64,000 nucleotides of DNA. Origin: the human T2T-CHM13v2.0 reference genome, Homo sapiens. Positions 38,669 to 62,539 of the stretch are shown one piece after another (the stretch's first letter is position 1; every line of letters begins with the position of its first letter). The translations under genes were made by a program, and so were the position numbers. Under the pieces are notes generated by a model that was not told the origin of the DNA, searched no databases, and was given only the letters and a program-made list of their open reading frames with translations. The DNA is taken from assembly GCF_009914755.1 (NCBI RefSeq), contig NC_060927.1; one strand, 5' to 3'.

Positions 38669-40361
38669 TACTGATCTGTTTTCTCACACTGTAATTTCAA
38701 GAATGGTATATTAATATGACACTTCATTCATCATAATGCCCTTGAAAGCCAACCAAGTTGTTGGGTATCAATAGTTCATTTCTCTTACTAAGTAGTATTC
38801 TAAGTATGAACATAAGATTTCATACTTCTGAAAAAAAGCTCAAAGTAAATATGTAATATGTATATTCATATGGATATGTAATATGGAGTTAAAATATGGT
38901 AAGCAAATGTTTAGTTTACCAAATGGCCAAAATGTTTCCAGAGTAGTTGCATGATTTTGCACTCCCATCAGCAATATACAGAGCTAGTTTTTCAGCATCC
39001 TTGACAGCACTTGGTGCTGCCACTATTATATTGCTTTAATAGGTGTATAGTTGCAGAATTAGTTTGCTTTTCTCTAACGGATAATAATGACAAGTATATT
39101 CTCAGGTACTCATCTACTATTCATATAGCCTCTTTGGTAAAACGTTTCTCATGTCTTTTGCCCATTTTCTAATCGAATATTTTTTGCTGTTGAGGTTTGA
39201 GACATACTCCAGATATGAGTCCTTCGTCAGATATGTAGCTTGTAAATATTTTCTCCATGTGTCTAGCTTGTCTTTTTCATCATCTTAACAGGGTCTTTGG
39301 TGGAGCCAATGTTTTTAATTTTGATGAAGTCCAATTTATTAACTTTTTTTCTTTTATAGATGATGCTCTTGGTGTTATGTCTAAAATCTCTTTATCTAAG
39401 TCAGGGTCACCAACAGTTTCTCCTCTGAGCTTTCAGGACAATATATAATAAAGACTCTGGATAACCTTATTTTCCTCTACAGAGTACTGAGTTGTGTTCT
39501 GGCAAGTAGCGTCTGTCCAGTCACCTCAATCCTGTGAAGGCTTCTTTTTGCTTTTGTTAGTACCAGTCTTTTCTTGTTTTTCCTTTAGCCCTAGGATATA
39601 GCCCTTAGTCCCGGTACAGGACGCTCAGTCCTAAGGTGTGGCATGGCCCTTCTCAAATTTCAATGGAAAGTTAAAGGTGTTTACCAAGCCCCTCTTTACT
39701 TGGTGAGACTTCACCTCCAAACTCTTATCTCCCTAGCACTGAGCAACTGCTGGAATTTCTGCTCAATGCTTTAACCTCCCAGCTGCTGCTTTCTGCTGGG
39801 TTCCACAGGGTGTCGTTCAGCACATGCACAGCTTCAAAGTTAGCCAATGACTGTAAAGGAACTTGTACACATATTTTGTGACTCTGCTCTTACTATGATT
39901 TTTCCCTACTCATTTGCACCACCCTTTCCCAGCAGGGCCAAATTCCAACCTCAGTTCCTTGCCCCAGGAAGAAGTCACTTTCTGCCTAAACTCTATGCCC
40001 TTGGTGTGAACTTAGCACATCTGCAGAAGGATAAGCCAGTTAAACGTACAGCTCAGCCAGGTCCACTTCCCTTCTTTCAGGTAGTGTGTTGCCTCCAGCT
40101 TCTACCTACTTTTGTTTTTATATTCCATCCAGATGCATTATTATTATTATTGGCAAGAGGGTAAGCCCAATACAGCTCCTCGACAATTATCAGAACCACG
40201 AGCCCAGGCCTGGTTTTTATGTTAATTTCCCAGTTTGGGAGAAGTATAAATTCACACCCCGATACATGAATAAAATTGAAAAAAAAAACTGCAGTTGAAA
40301 AATTATATGTAAGACTTTTTTTCCCTATTTCTAGAGCTGAAGATAAAAATCAACAAACTTC

Positions 40362-48440
<8,079 letters not shown>

Positions 48441-48954
48441 TAAGATGCTTATAGGGTCTGCAACCACAATTTTTCCTGTTCACTGAGAGTAAACCTAATA
48501 GAGAATTTAGGATTCATCTTACACTTGAAATTTTGTTACTGATTATTGAAAAATTATCTACAAGCACCCAATTGTGAGTTTTACAGAAACCTGGTCTCAA
48601 GAGTTATGAACCAAAGATTCACTCCACGGGGTTCCCAGATCCCCTAAAATCATGTGCTAGGTGTTGACTTTATTTTTCTGGAGAGACTATAATGGTTTTC
48701 ATTCATCTTATTCATCTCAAATGGTAAAAATCACCAGTGGAATGGAGCCACACATCCTGTAGCAGAAACTTCTAAAAAAAAAAAAAAAACAGGAAAAAGA
48801 TGAAACATGGTACCATGTACCTGCTCAGCCTCCACAGATCCTGCTTTTGGAAACTGAAACATAAATTCTTAAAACTTGCACAACTTTTTTTCTGGTGCTT
48901 GAATGACCTCTAGTGGCTACTTAAATTATCACAGCCAATTGCTCACAGCAGGAA

Positions 48955-49001
48955 TTAGGTTGGTGCAAAAGTAATTACAGTTTTTGCCATTAAAAGTAAT
49001 G
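48955..49001. mobile_element. Truncated MADE1 (Hsmar1-derived MITE), one TIR plus spacer
   Basis: TTAGGTTGGTGCAAAAGTAATTACAGTTTTTGCCATTAAAAGTAATG; the second TIR is missing. Confidence 0.85.
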
Positions 49002-49266
49002 AAATAAAGAACTAAAAAGTGTTGAGAAATAACAAAATTAAGATGGCATCACAAAGGAGCGCCTAGCTCAATTTCAAGTTATTATACAAGCTCTCTATTA
49101 TCCAACCAAATGTAGTTCACAATACAGTGTAATTCAAAATAGTTCACCAGATAGTTCAGTACACGCCATTTTTTTTAATCAAATAAGTATGATTTTCCCT
49201 AAATTCTTGCATTTCGAACTAATAAAGCATCAGCAAATACCCATGAAGAGAACAGTACTGGAATAA

Positions 49267-49620
49267 AAGATACAAGAACCTCGGGAATTAACATCCACCC
49301 TTTCCTCTCAGTTGAGGCAGCACCAGGAATACAATGTCAACAAAGTACAACAACTGGAGTAAGAGAAATACTTTGAGAATATAAACTGGCCACAGAACTC
49401 AACCTGAGTGAGAACAGGTAACAAATATGGTTCAGGAACTGCTGGGCCAAACTCTCCAAGTGGGAGTACAGCAGCAGCAACAGCAAGTACCAGTAGAATG
49501 GTCACATCACCCAGGGTGACCAACAGGTCCCAGGTTACTTCACATGCCCTCTGCCCAGCCCCTTGACAATTCCTGCAGCAGCAAAACACACCATCTTCCA
49601 GGCACTGCCACACGGAGTCC
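49267..49620 (+). pseudogene. Decayed processed pseudogene of a TPRX-like (PRD-class/ETCHbox) homeobox gene
   Basis: Manual translation gives IQEP...LRQHQEYNVNKVQQLE*EKYFEN, then after a frameshift KLATELNLSENR*QIWFRNCWAKLSK, then QQQQQQVP and PLTIPAAAKHTIF. These blocks are colinear with TPRX1 as recalled. Confidence 0.75.
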
Positions 49621-49639
49621 CAAGAATGCTGATACAGTT

Positions 49640-49830
49640 TTATTTATTTTGAAATATTTGTCAGTATCTATACATACACAAGGCACTGTCTAGGCACTGG
49701 AGTGGAGTGTTGAACAAGACAGTTCAAAATCCCGATTCCAATGGAGCTTGTAGTCTAGTGTGGAAAGAGAAATAAATACATAAAATGCCAGGTGGTGATA
49801 CATGCTGTGAAAAAGATAAAGTAGAACAAT
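49640..49830 (-). mobile_element. L2 3' end fragment
   Basis: Minus strand CTAGACTACAAGCTCCAT...GTCTTGTTCA...CCAGTGCCTAGACAGTGCC resembles the L2 3' terminus. Confidence 0.75.
49668..49754 (-). CDS. ULK4: L2-derived alternative terminal exon of ULK4, coding part TTSSIGIGILNCLVQHSTPVPRQCLVYV*
   Basis: Acceptor tttctctttccacactag|ACT is in phase 0 with the 51331 donor. It gives 28 codons plus TAG, with overlapping AATAAA signals at 49639-49648. The sequence resembles an L2 3' end. Confidence 0.7.
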   Translation of the reverse strand, partial: TTSSIGIGILNCLVQHSTPVPRQCLVYV

Positions 49831-50619
49831 GGGGTTTGGAAATTACAGGGTGGCCGTAGTATTCTTTTCTATAAGTTGATCATCTCAATTCAGACTAGCT
49901 TTTCTTCAAGCACTCAATAGCCATAGTGGCTGGTGGCTACTATACTGGATAGTTCAACAAATCTGAAACTATCATCCATGCCTTTTTAGTTCATAATCTT
50001 TATCCTCTTTCTTTCTGAATCCTAAGAGAATTCATCCAACTGATCTTCAAATTCACTAACTCAGCTTCCTAAAGTATCCATCCTACTTATTACTTATTAC
50101 TGCAACTACTGAATCATTTAATTCAACAGTCATATTTCACATATTCAGAGGCTCCTTCTTCACAGCTCCTGAGCAACCAATGCCTGCTCTGACGATGCAG
50201 GAACATCCTCTAAAATCTTGGCACTTTGTCTTGGACTTTAAGTTCTCTCCCATCTCCTACAGCTACTCCATCTCATTGGAGACCTTTTGCTCTGAGCCAT
50301 CAGAAGGAACCCCCGTTTTTGAGATCCTAAGCCTTCTCATCTTCCTGGTAATACTGCCCTAGATGCTCAATCTTTCAGACAAAAATCTACCTGACACATC
50401 TCTGAGAACCAAGCTGGGTACCATCAGTAATCATATAGGTCACAATTCATTTTTTTAGGCCCCCCAAAAAAGGAAAAATTTAGACTTTGTGGCATTTTAC
50501 TAGTAACTCAGAGATCCAGCAGTTTGCAGGAAATAGAGATGGAATTGTAAGCAAGGGAAATACAGTGAAATTAAATTAATCTCCACCCAGACACTATAAG
50601 GCCAGCTGGGATACTATCC

Positions 50620-50758
50620 CAGCAATTGGCTGCTGCAGTGAACAGCACAGAGAGAAAATGTTCCAATTCCTCTTAAGGCTCCAAATACCAGTTGGCTACT
50701 ACAGTGGACAAGACAGACATAGAAATTTTTCCAATTTTTCTTAAAGCCCCAAATACCA
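50620..50758 (+). repeat. Old ~70 bp tandem duplication
   Basis: TTGGCTGCTGCAGTGAAC...TTCCAATTCCTCTTAAGGCTCCAAATACCA is followed by TTGGCTACTACAGTGGAC...TTCCAATTTTTCTTAAAGCCCCAAATACCA. Confidence 0.75.
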
Positions 50759-51330
50759 CACAACCAGCTTCAACTCTACAAAATCCCCTCTCCTTACCCC
50801 TTTTTTACTTCCTTCAGGAGCTCTTGCTGTTTCCCCTAAAAGCCTTGGTTCTTTTCACCTATGCTGACTCTTGAGCCTCTCCCAGTTCAAGGGATAAAAC
50901 TCCATTACCAATTAAGTGTAACATACGTTAACGGAATAGGTAGAAAGTAATCTTTCATACGAAAACACTACATTCAAGGTGAAAGGCCAAAATAATTTGA
51001 ATTTTGAATTGTAAGCTATGCTTTAACTAGGAAATACATTAGTCTGTTGGACAGACTATAAGAAAACTAGAAATGAAAAAAGCCTTATTCAAAAACAAAT
51101 GAAATAATGATGAGTAGAGTTCATAAGCCTTGTTAACTCTGCTGTGCCATTTTAATGATGGACTACATTGTATATGTGCTGCTATGTTTAAGCCTAAAGG
51201 TCTGTTGAGGTAACAGTTTTAGAACGATTGCCACAATCCCACAGGTCGGTGAAAGCTGCAGGTTCCAAATTACAGAATCAAGAACAGTATTTCTTGACAT
51301 TCATCACATTTAAGTAATAAAAGACATTAC

Positions 51331-51409
51331 CTCAACAACAGGTGTATTTTCCTGGAGCTCAGTTGTGTGCGAAGCCAGTAAACCAATCACGTGAGCAACC
51401 TTGGCCCGT
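51331..51409 (-). CDS. ULK4: ULK4 coding exon (probably exon 17), 79 nt, RAKVAHVIGLLASHTTELQENTPVVE
   Basis: Minus strand reads ttctctccatttacag|ACGGGCCAAG...GTTGTTGAG|gtaatg. The frame is continuous with both flanking exons. Confidence 0.95.
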
Positions 51410-52414
51410 CTGTAAATGGAGAGAAAACAGGCTCTGAAAAGAAGAGTCGGGGACCGAGGAAACTAATCCCAGCTAGTTACATTATGCAATGATGAGCATT
51501 AGATATAAGACTGAGAAATAAAAATTGAATGTGACAGGTCAGGCCCACACTCCCACATGTACACAGCCCAGAGAAACTCTCCCTCGTATACTTAGGGAGA
51601 CACGAACCGTAATGTCCGCTGCAATACTGCAACAGCGACAAAATTTAAACAAGTTGTGGTTTAATAGTAAAACGAAAAATAAAAATTTTAAAAATCTTTA
51701 ACCAGAGAAAAGAGCAAAACAGTAATTAATCCTTTTATTGCTGAGTACAGAGGCATTTGGCTAAAGGTCTCTTTTCTACTTGTTAGTAGATCAATGAGTT
51801 TCTATGTAAGTAGTAAATAATATCTGAACAGTAACATATCTGTATGTATTCAGTGTAAAAGAAATTTTTACAATCAAGTTTTTAAATATTGTTATTTGCA
51901 TAAACACTAGTTTTAATGAGGTGTTCCTTTAGTATCCAGCAGAAAACTGAAGTGGATAAATTACTATTAAATGACATTCAATGTGATTTGAAAAGGTATT
52001 TCATGCAGAGAAATTAGTTTTGATGAGTTTTTTTCTAATTAAAACAAATGGTGAGTTGATGAAAACTGCACTCTTATTTAGTGATGTCTGCATGTTGTCT
52101 AGGATAATCAGTATGTACCTTAGTCAGCTTTTATTTTTTACCATCTTAAAATAAACCTATGTGGTACCCATGGAGGAAAACAAATCAGACTCAGAGAAGT
52201 ACTACAGGGAAAATGTCTGCGTTATCACAACTCTAACATACAGAAATAATCCTTATAAATTTCAACACTTCTTAAATTGCCCATTAAAATCTCTTAACCT
52301 ACACAAATTAAAGAAGTCCTAGGCAATTGTAGAATTAGCATCCCACCTGTGAATAAAAAGATTATACTTTAAAAGTAGTCATTTTGAAAAATATCTGTAG
52401 GACAATTGGAAAAG

Positions 52415-55570
<3,156 letters not shown>

Positions 55571-56947
55571 ATAATAATAAAATAAATAAATAAGGAAAAG
55601 AAACAAAAGAAAGAATAAAAGGGAAAGGTAAAGAAAGCATCCATAAATCATAATCATGTAACACAGATCTAAACTTATGAGACATTCTCTGTCTTTAATG
55701 ATTGCAGACTAAACACTTGACACTCACTTTTCTGATCCCTCTAGAGTCTCTAAAATACAAGTTCTTTTTATTAAATGATAACTGATAACTAGAAACAAAA
55801 AGGAAGGCTAAAAGTGGACTAGAAAGTTTGAGAAAATCTCAGATGACATGCATAGATAGAATTAAGACTGACAGAGAACCAACAAGGGAATCCTCTATCT
55901 AAGAATCACAGGTAGACAGACATTCCCAAGGAAGCCTCAAGGACTTGGAACAAACTAAGACAGAAAGCAAGAATGAGCCACAGGACAATCATCAGATTAC
56001 AAGTGCACAAGGAACAATTGTGTCCTTGTACAAGGAACAGTTTAGTCAGTCAGGTCCTGCCTCTTTTCCATCACCCTTCCTTGGTACACAGAATAAACCC
56101 TGCAGCCCTGGCCTCCGGGGTAAACGTGGAAAATTGTTCCTACAGTGAGCAATCCACCTTGGGGTGGGACATAGGTGTGGCTGTGGGAAGCAGAGACTGT
56201 GGTCCTCCAGATACTGAAACAGGGAAGGGGTTAAATGAGGAAAGCCAACTCCACTCCAAAGAAAAACCCACCCTGGCAATTGCAGAGGCCTCCAGCCTGC
56301 CTACCTGATCTTCAGCCAGCTGGAATTCCAAATTAAAGTCAACCAGTCAGCAGGCCCCACCTACCCACATACCAACCCTTTATTTAAAGGAGAGGCTATT
56401 GGAGAAAGAGACTTAGGCAAGCATAAAGGAAACTCACATTGCCAACTTCTATACCAATCAATTTAATCATTTATTCATAATATAAACTAAGAACCAGAGA
56501 TCACCAGGCATTTGAGAAATAAACAGCATTAAAAAGCAGGACCATGATGAAAAAGTGACCTACAAGTTCAAGAGGTAAGAATACAATGTTTATAATCCTA
56601 ATTTTGTTCCCTTTTTTTCAAAGTCCAGGTTCCAGGCTTATATTATATAATCCTAATGTTTAACCTTTAATATTAATAACAATATTTAATTCTAAATTCT
56701 GCCCCAAGAAGAGAATTTTTATAATCCTAATATTTATCTCAAATTCAGAAGTATATGATACACCAAATATATGCAGCTAGGAAAAGGGACCAATCAGACA
56801 AAAAGAAAATGAACAAAACCTTTCAAATATGATTGTTGAAATTAAAAAATTAACTGGAAATCCTAAATAATAAAATGAGTGGGGATAAATACCAAGCTTG
56901 AGAGCTCAAAGATAAAGTCAAGGAAGAGCAATAAAAGAAGAGAATTT

Positions 56948-57700
56948 GCATGGACACAAAGAGGGAACAACAGACACCGGGGCCTATTTCAGGGTGGAGG
57001 GTGGGAGGAGGGAGAGGATCAGAAACAATAACAATTGGTACTTACTAAGCTTAGTACCTGGGTGACCAAATAATCTGTACAAGAAACCCCCATGAGTTTA
57101 CCTATATAACAAATCTGTATTATGTACCCCTGAACCTAAAACAAAAGTATAAGAAAGAGAGTTTGGCAGTTCTTCAAAAGGTTGAACACAGAGTTATCAT
57201 TTTATCCAGCAATCTCACTACTGTAAGAGAAATAAAAACGTATGTTCACACAAAACCTTGTAGACAAATGTTCAGCGCACCATTATTCATAATAGCCAAA
57301 TGTGGAAACAACCCCAAATGTCCATCAAGACCACATAAGCAAAATGTGGTATAGCCACACAAGGATTATTCAGCTATAAAAAGAATGAAGTATTCACACA
57401 TTCCACAATACAGATGAACCTTGAAAACATTATGCCAAATGACAGAAGCTAGACACAAAAGGCCACATACTGTATGATTCCATTTATATGAAATATCAAA
57501 AATAGGCAAATCAGCCAACAGGAAGTAGATGAGTGGTTGCCAGGGGTTGGAGAAGAATGGGTACTGGGTTTCGCTGGGTGAGAAAAATGTTCTGAAATTA
57601 GATAATGGCAATGGTTGAACAACTTTCAATATACTAACACCTACTGAACTGTACACATTAAAATGGTGAATTTTATGGTATGTGAATTATACCTCAATAA
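56948..57700 (+). mobile_element. L1 3'-end fragments (L1PA-type 56948-57150, L1MB-type 57160-57700)
   Basis: Typical L1 3'UTR motifs: CATGGACACAAAGAGGGAACAACAGACAC and ATGAACCTTGAAAACATTATGC. Confidence 0.75.
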
Positions 57701-57852
57701 ACAAGAGAAAGTGAGAAAGCAAAAGAAAATTTAAAAGAAAAGTCAAGAGAGACAAACTCCCACACCCATCCTGTAGGGGTTTCAGGAACAGAAAAAGGAT
57801 GAAATAGGAAGAAATCTAAGAAATAATATAAAAGCTAAAGGAGGGATGAAGA

Positions 57853-58140
57853 GGCTAGGCATTGTGGCTCACACCTGTAATCCCGGCACTTTGGGAGGCC
57901 AAGGCAGGTGGATCACTTGAGGTCAGGAGTTTGAGACCAGCCTGGCCAACATGGTGAAAACCCATCTCTACTAAAAATACAAAAATTAGCTGGGCATGGT
58001 GGTGCACACCTGTAATCCCAGCTACTCGGGAGGCTGAGGCAGGAGAATCCTTGAACCCGGGAGGTGGAGGTTGCAGTGAGCCAAGATCGCGCCACTGCAC
58101 TCCAGCCTGGGCGACAGAGCAAGACTCTGTCTCAAAATAA
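57853..58140 (+). mobile_element. AluS whose tail runs into the VNTR
   Basis: Alu consensus. Confidence 0.9.
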
Positions 58141-58154
58141 ACAGAAAGAAAAGA

Positions 58155-59345
58155 AGGGAAGGAAGGGACAGGAGGGACGGGAGGGAAGGAAGGGACAGGA
58201 GGGACGGGAGGGACGGGAGGGACAGGAGGGACAGGAGGGACGGGATGGGGGAAGGAAGGGATGGGAGGGGGGAAGGAAGGGACAGAAGGGGGGAAGGAAG
58301 GGATGCGGGGAAGAAAGGGACAGAAGGGGGAAGGAAGGGACAGGAGGGGGAAGGAAGGGACAGGAGGGGGAAGGAAGGGACAGGAGGGGGAAAGAAGGGA
58401 CGGGAGGGGGAAGGAAGGGACAGGAGGGGGAAAGAAGGGACGGGAGGGGGAAAGAAGGGACGGGAGGGGGAAAGAAGGGACGGGAGGGGGAAGGAAGGGA
58501 CGGGAGGGGGAAAGAAGGGACGGGAGGGGGAAAGAAGGGACGGGAGGGGGAAAGAAGGGACGGGAGGGGGAAGGAAGGGACGGGAGGGGGAAAGAAGGGA
58601 CGGGAGGGGGAAAGAAGGGACGGGAGGGGGAAAGAAGGGACGGGAGGGGGAAAGAAGGGACGGGAGGGGGAAAGAAGGGACGGGAGGGGGGAAGGAAGGG
58701 ACGGGAGGGGGAAGGAAGGGACGGGAGCGGGGAAGGAAGGGACAGGAGGGGGAAAGAAGGGACGGGAGGGGGAAAGAAGGGACGGGAGGGGGAAAGAAGG
58801 GACGGGAGGGGGAAAGAAGGGACGGGAGGGGGAAGGAAGGGACGGGAGGGGGAAAGAAGGGACGGGAGGGGGAAAGAAGGGACGGGAGGGGGAAAGAAGG
58901 GACGGGAGGGGGAAAGAAGGGACGGGAGGGGGAAAGAAGGGACGGGAGGGGGGAAGGAAGGGACAGGAGGGGGAAGGAAGGGACAGGAGGGGGAAAGAAG
59001 GGACGGGAGGGGGAAGGAAGGGACGGGAGGGGGAAGGAAGGGACGGGAGGGGGAAAGAAGGGACGGGAGGGGGAAAGAAGGGACGGGAGGGGGAAAGAAG
59101 GGACGGGAGGGGGAAGGAAGGGACAGGAGGGGGAAGGAAGGGACAGGAGGGGGAAAGAAGGGACGGGAGGGGGAAAGAAGGGACGGGAGGGGGAAGGAAG
59201 GGACGGGAGGGGGAAGGAAGGGACGGGAGCGGGGAAGGAAGGGACGGGAGCGGGGAAGGAAGGGACGGGAGCGGGGAAGGAAGGGACGGGACAAGACGGG
59301 ACTGGAGGGAGGGAGGGAGGGAGGGAGGCAGGCAGGCAGGCAGGA
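58155..59345 (+). repeat. G-rich minisatellite, 20-bp unit C(G/A)GGAGGGGGAA(A/G)GAAGGGA, roughly 48 regular copies, flanked by shorter precursor units and (GGGA)n(GGCA)n
   Basis: Exact 20-nt periodicity visible from ~58321 to ~59290. Confidence 0.97.
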
Positions 59346-59435
59346 AGGAGCAAATTAGTAAAAAGAGATTCCTAGAGACAATCTAGTAAAATTTACAGGC
59401 CTGAAATAAAAAGAAAAGCTAACTCAAACAAGTCA

Positions 59436-59901
<466 letters not shown>

Positions 59902-60531
59902 CTAATCAACCAAGAGAAGAACTACAGCAAAGAAACAGGAAAACTATGTTTTTAATTAAAAAATTTATGATGGATGAGCATTTACTTTACCTTATTCAAG
60001 TATAAAACTCTTATTTGAAAAATAGAAAAATTCCTCCTAAATTCATATCTCAAAAAGGCACTTGCCACAGTAAAAAGCAACCTATGTAATGAGAGAAGAT
60101 ATTTGCAATCATTTATCTGACAAGGGGTTAATATCTAGAATATATAAAAAATACCTACAACTCAACAACATAAAACTCAGTTCAAAAATTGGCAAATGAC
60201 TTGACTAGATCTTTCTCCAAAGAAGATATACAAATAGCCAACAATCACACGAAAAGATGTTCAACATCACTAGTCACAAAATACAAATCAAAACTGTAAG
60301 ATACTACTTCACACCCATCAGGATAGCTGTTAGCAAAAAACAAAAACAGAAAACACTAATGTTCACAGCAGCATTGTTCACAATAGCCAAAAGATATAAA
60401 CAAGCCAGTGCCCAACAACAGATGAAAAGATAAACAAAATGTAGTATATGCATACAACGGAATATTATTCAGCCTTAAAAAGGAATGAAATGCTGACACA
60501 TGTTAGTTATAACATGGATGAACCTTGCAAA

Positions 60532-61031
60532 TGAAACCAGCCCAATTGTCCTATAGAACTGATGTTTACAGTCTTTTAAAATAAACGTAGAAATTGACCC
60601 TCCCAGTCTTAAAACTTGAGGAAGTTACATTTGTCTTATCTGAGTTCCTTTCTTGGGAAACCAACCATCAGGCCTCCCAGATAGTTATCAAGGAACTGAA
60701 ACTTACCAAATCACCATATCTGGACCATAAGACACCAGACCCCCTCACCCATTACAATTGCCTAACCAACTACCTGCTTCCTGTTGACCAATTCCTCTTC
60801 CTCACCCTTCCTTGATTCCTGTTTTCCCATACATGGTTATATTTCTTCCCTGCTAAATACATCCCTGGTTTTAGTCAGTTGAGGAGACAAATTTGAGACT
60901 GATCTCCCATCTCCTTAGCTGCAGCACCCAATTGAAGCCTTCTTCCCTAGCAACACTCATTGTCTCCGTGATTGGCTTTCTGTGCTGTGAGCAACAGGAC
61001 TTAAACCAAACCCCTTGATATTTCAGTAGCA
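60532..61031 (+). mobile_element. ERV1-class solo LTR (LTR26-like) inside an L1MB 3' fragment (60055-61300)
   Basis: TGAAACCAGCCCAATTGTCCTATAGAACTGATG...TTTCAGTAGCA, with L1 3'UTR sequence on both sides. Confidence 0.65.
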
Positions 61032-62539
61032 ATATGAGGTACTCACCATAAGCAAATTCACAAAGATAGAATAAGTAGAGTATAGGTTACCAGGACTGGG
61101 GAAGGAAAGGGGAAGTTACTGTTTAATGGGTAAAGAGCTTCTGTTTAAGATGATGAAAAAGTTTTGGAAATGAATAGTGGTGATGGTTATACAACAATGA
61201 GAATGAACTAAATGCCATTATATACATAAAAATGGCTAAAATGGAATATTTTAAATTATGCATAATTTACAATTAACAAATTTTTTAAATTACAGTATTA
61301 CACTATTACTATATGTGAATTATACCTCAAAGTTGACTGGCAAGGATAAAAGGATATACAATTTGATAAATACTCAATGTTGGAAGTTCTAACAAAAGGC
61401 ATTTTAAACACATTGACTAGGATTATATATTGATACAATTTTTTTAAGAGTATTTCAGCAATTTTTCAGAAGTCACAAAAATATTTACTGCCTTCTATCC
61501 ATCTGTTCTAATTCTACAAATCTTCCCTAAAGAGAAAAAGAAAAAGCAGGCACAAAGATTTATTCTCAAAAATGTTCATCAAAATATTATTTACAACATT
61601 ATAATACTATCCAAAAATAGTAAATAAAATGATCAGATATTCACAACATATAAAAAGTTTATCTTAAGTATTATGTATTTTATTTTTAAATGTTAATAAT
61701 AACATTTACAATACGTAATATATATGTTACAGGGGAAAACAAACATAAAATTATATCATGTGATTCTAATTTTTTATATACAAAACAAAACTAAAGAATA
61801 AATATATCTACGTCAATAATAATTATCTCCCAGACTAAGTTAAGGACCCTTTATCATATGCTGTCAAGGTAATATAACCTGAGGTCAGAGAAAACGTCGC
61901 TGGAAGTGGCTTTGAATGGAGAAAGAATAAAAGAGGATTCCTACCAGAGAACTTGTCTACCTCAGTATCACTTTATTCAAATTAAAACTGTTTTACAATC
62001 AAACTTCAATTTTTAAAAGTGGGGGAAAAAAACAGTATGTGTGAATTTTGGTATCCAAGGGGATACTAAAACCAATCTCCGGGCTGATACAGAAGGATGA
62101 CTGTACTTGGAAATGATCTGGAATGTCTGTTTTAAAATGTCAGCAGGGGGCACCCCATTCAAGGATATAACACATTTTAAATAAAGGTGTTTAAATAAGT
62201 ATTTCATTGATTCATTTTTAATGAGCATACCATGAGCCTTCTCAAAGTATTAAATACTCAACCATTACCTAAAAATCCTATTTTTTATTACCAGATTTTA
62301 CTTTGGGAGAGTAACATTAGAAGATGTATAGTAAGAACTACCCTTATTATTAAGCATTTTCTAAACTTCTATTGGTTCACCCATATTTCACCAACATAGA
62401 AGAATAATTATTATCATACCAGTGCCACAATCCACAAAATCCTTTCGCCTCCATTTTTTCATGTGCCTGTCCTAACAATCATGAGATAAGCAAGCTTGAT
62501 GATAATAACTACAACTTCTACAACCCCAACCCCATTGTA

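Noticed and set aside
48955-49001. Possible miR-548-type hairpin
   Set aside because: The MADE1 lacks its second TIR, so it cannot form the hairpin.
49308-49613. 101-aa minus-strand ORF
   Set aside because: No recognisable protein; it is the antisense shadow of the homeobox relic.
58321-59290. Regular repeat array resembling CRISPR
   Set aside because: No unique spacers, and the context is a primate intron; it is a tandem minisatellite.
57855-59386. Five 365-479 aa ORFs on both strands
   Set aside because: Artefacts of a T-free 20-bp VNTR plus Alu, which cannot contain stop codons.
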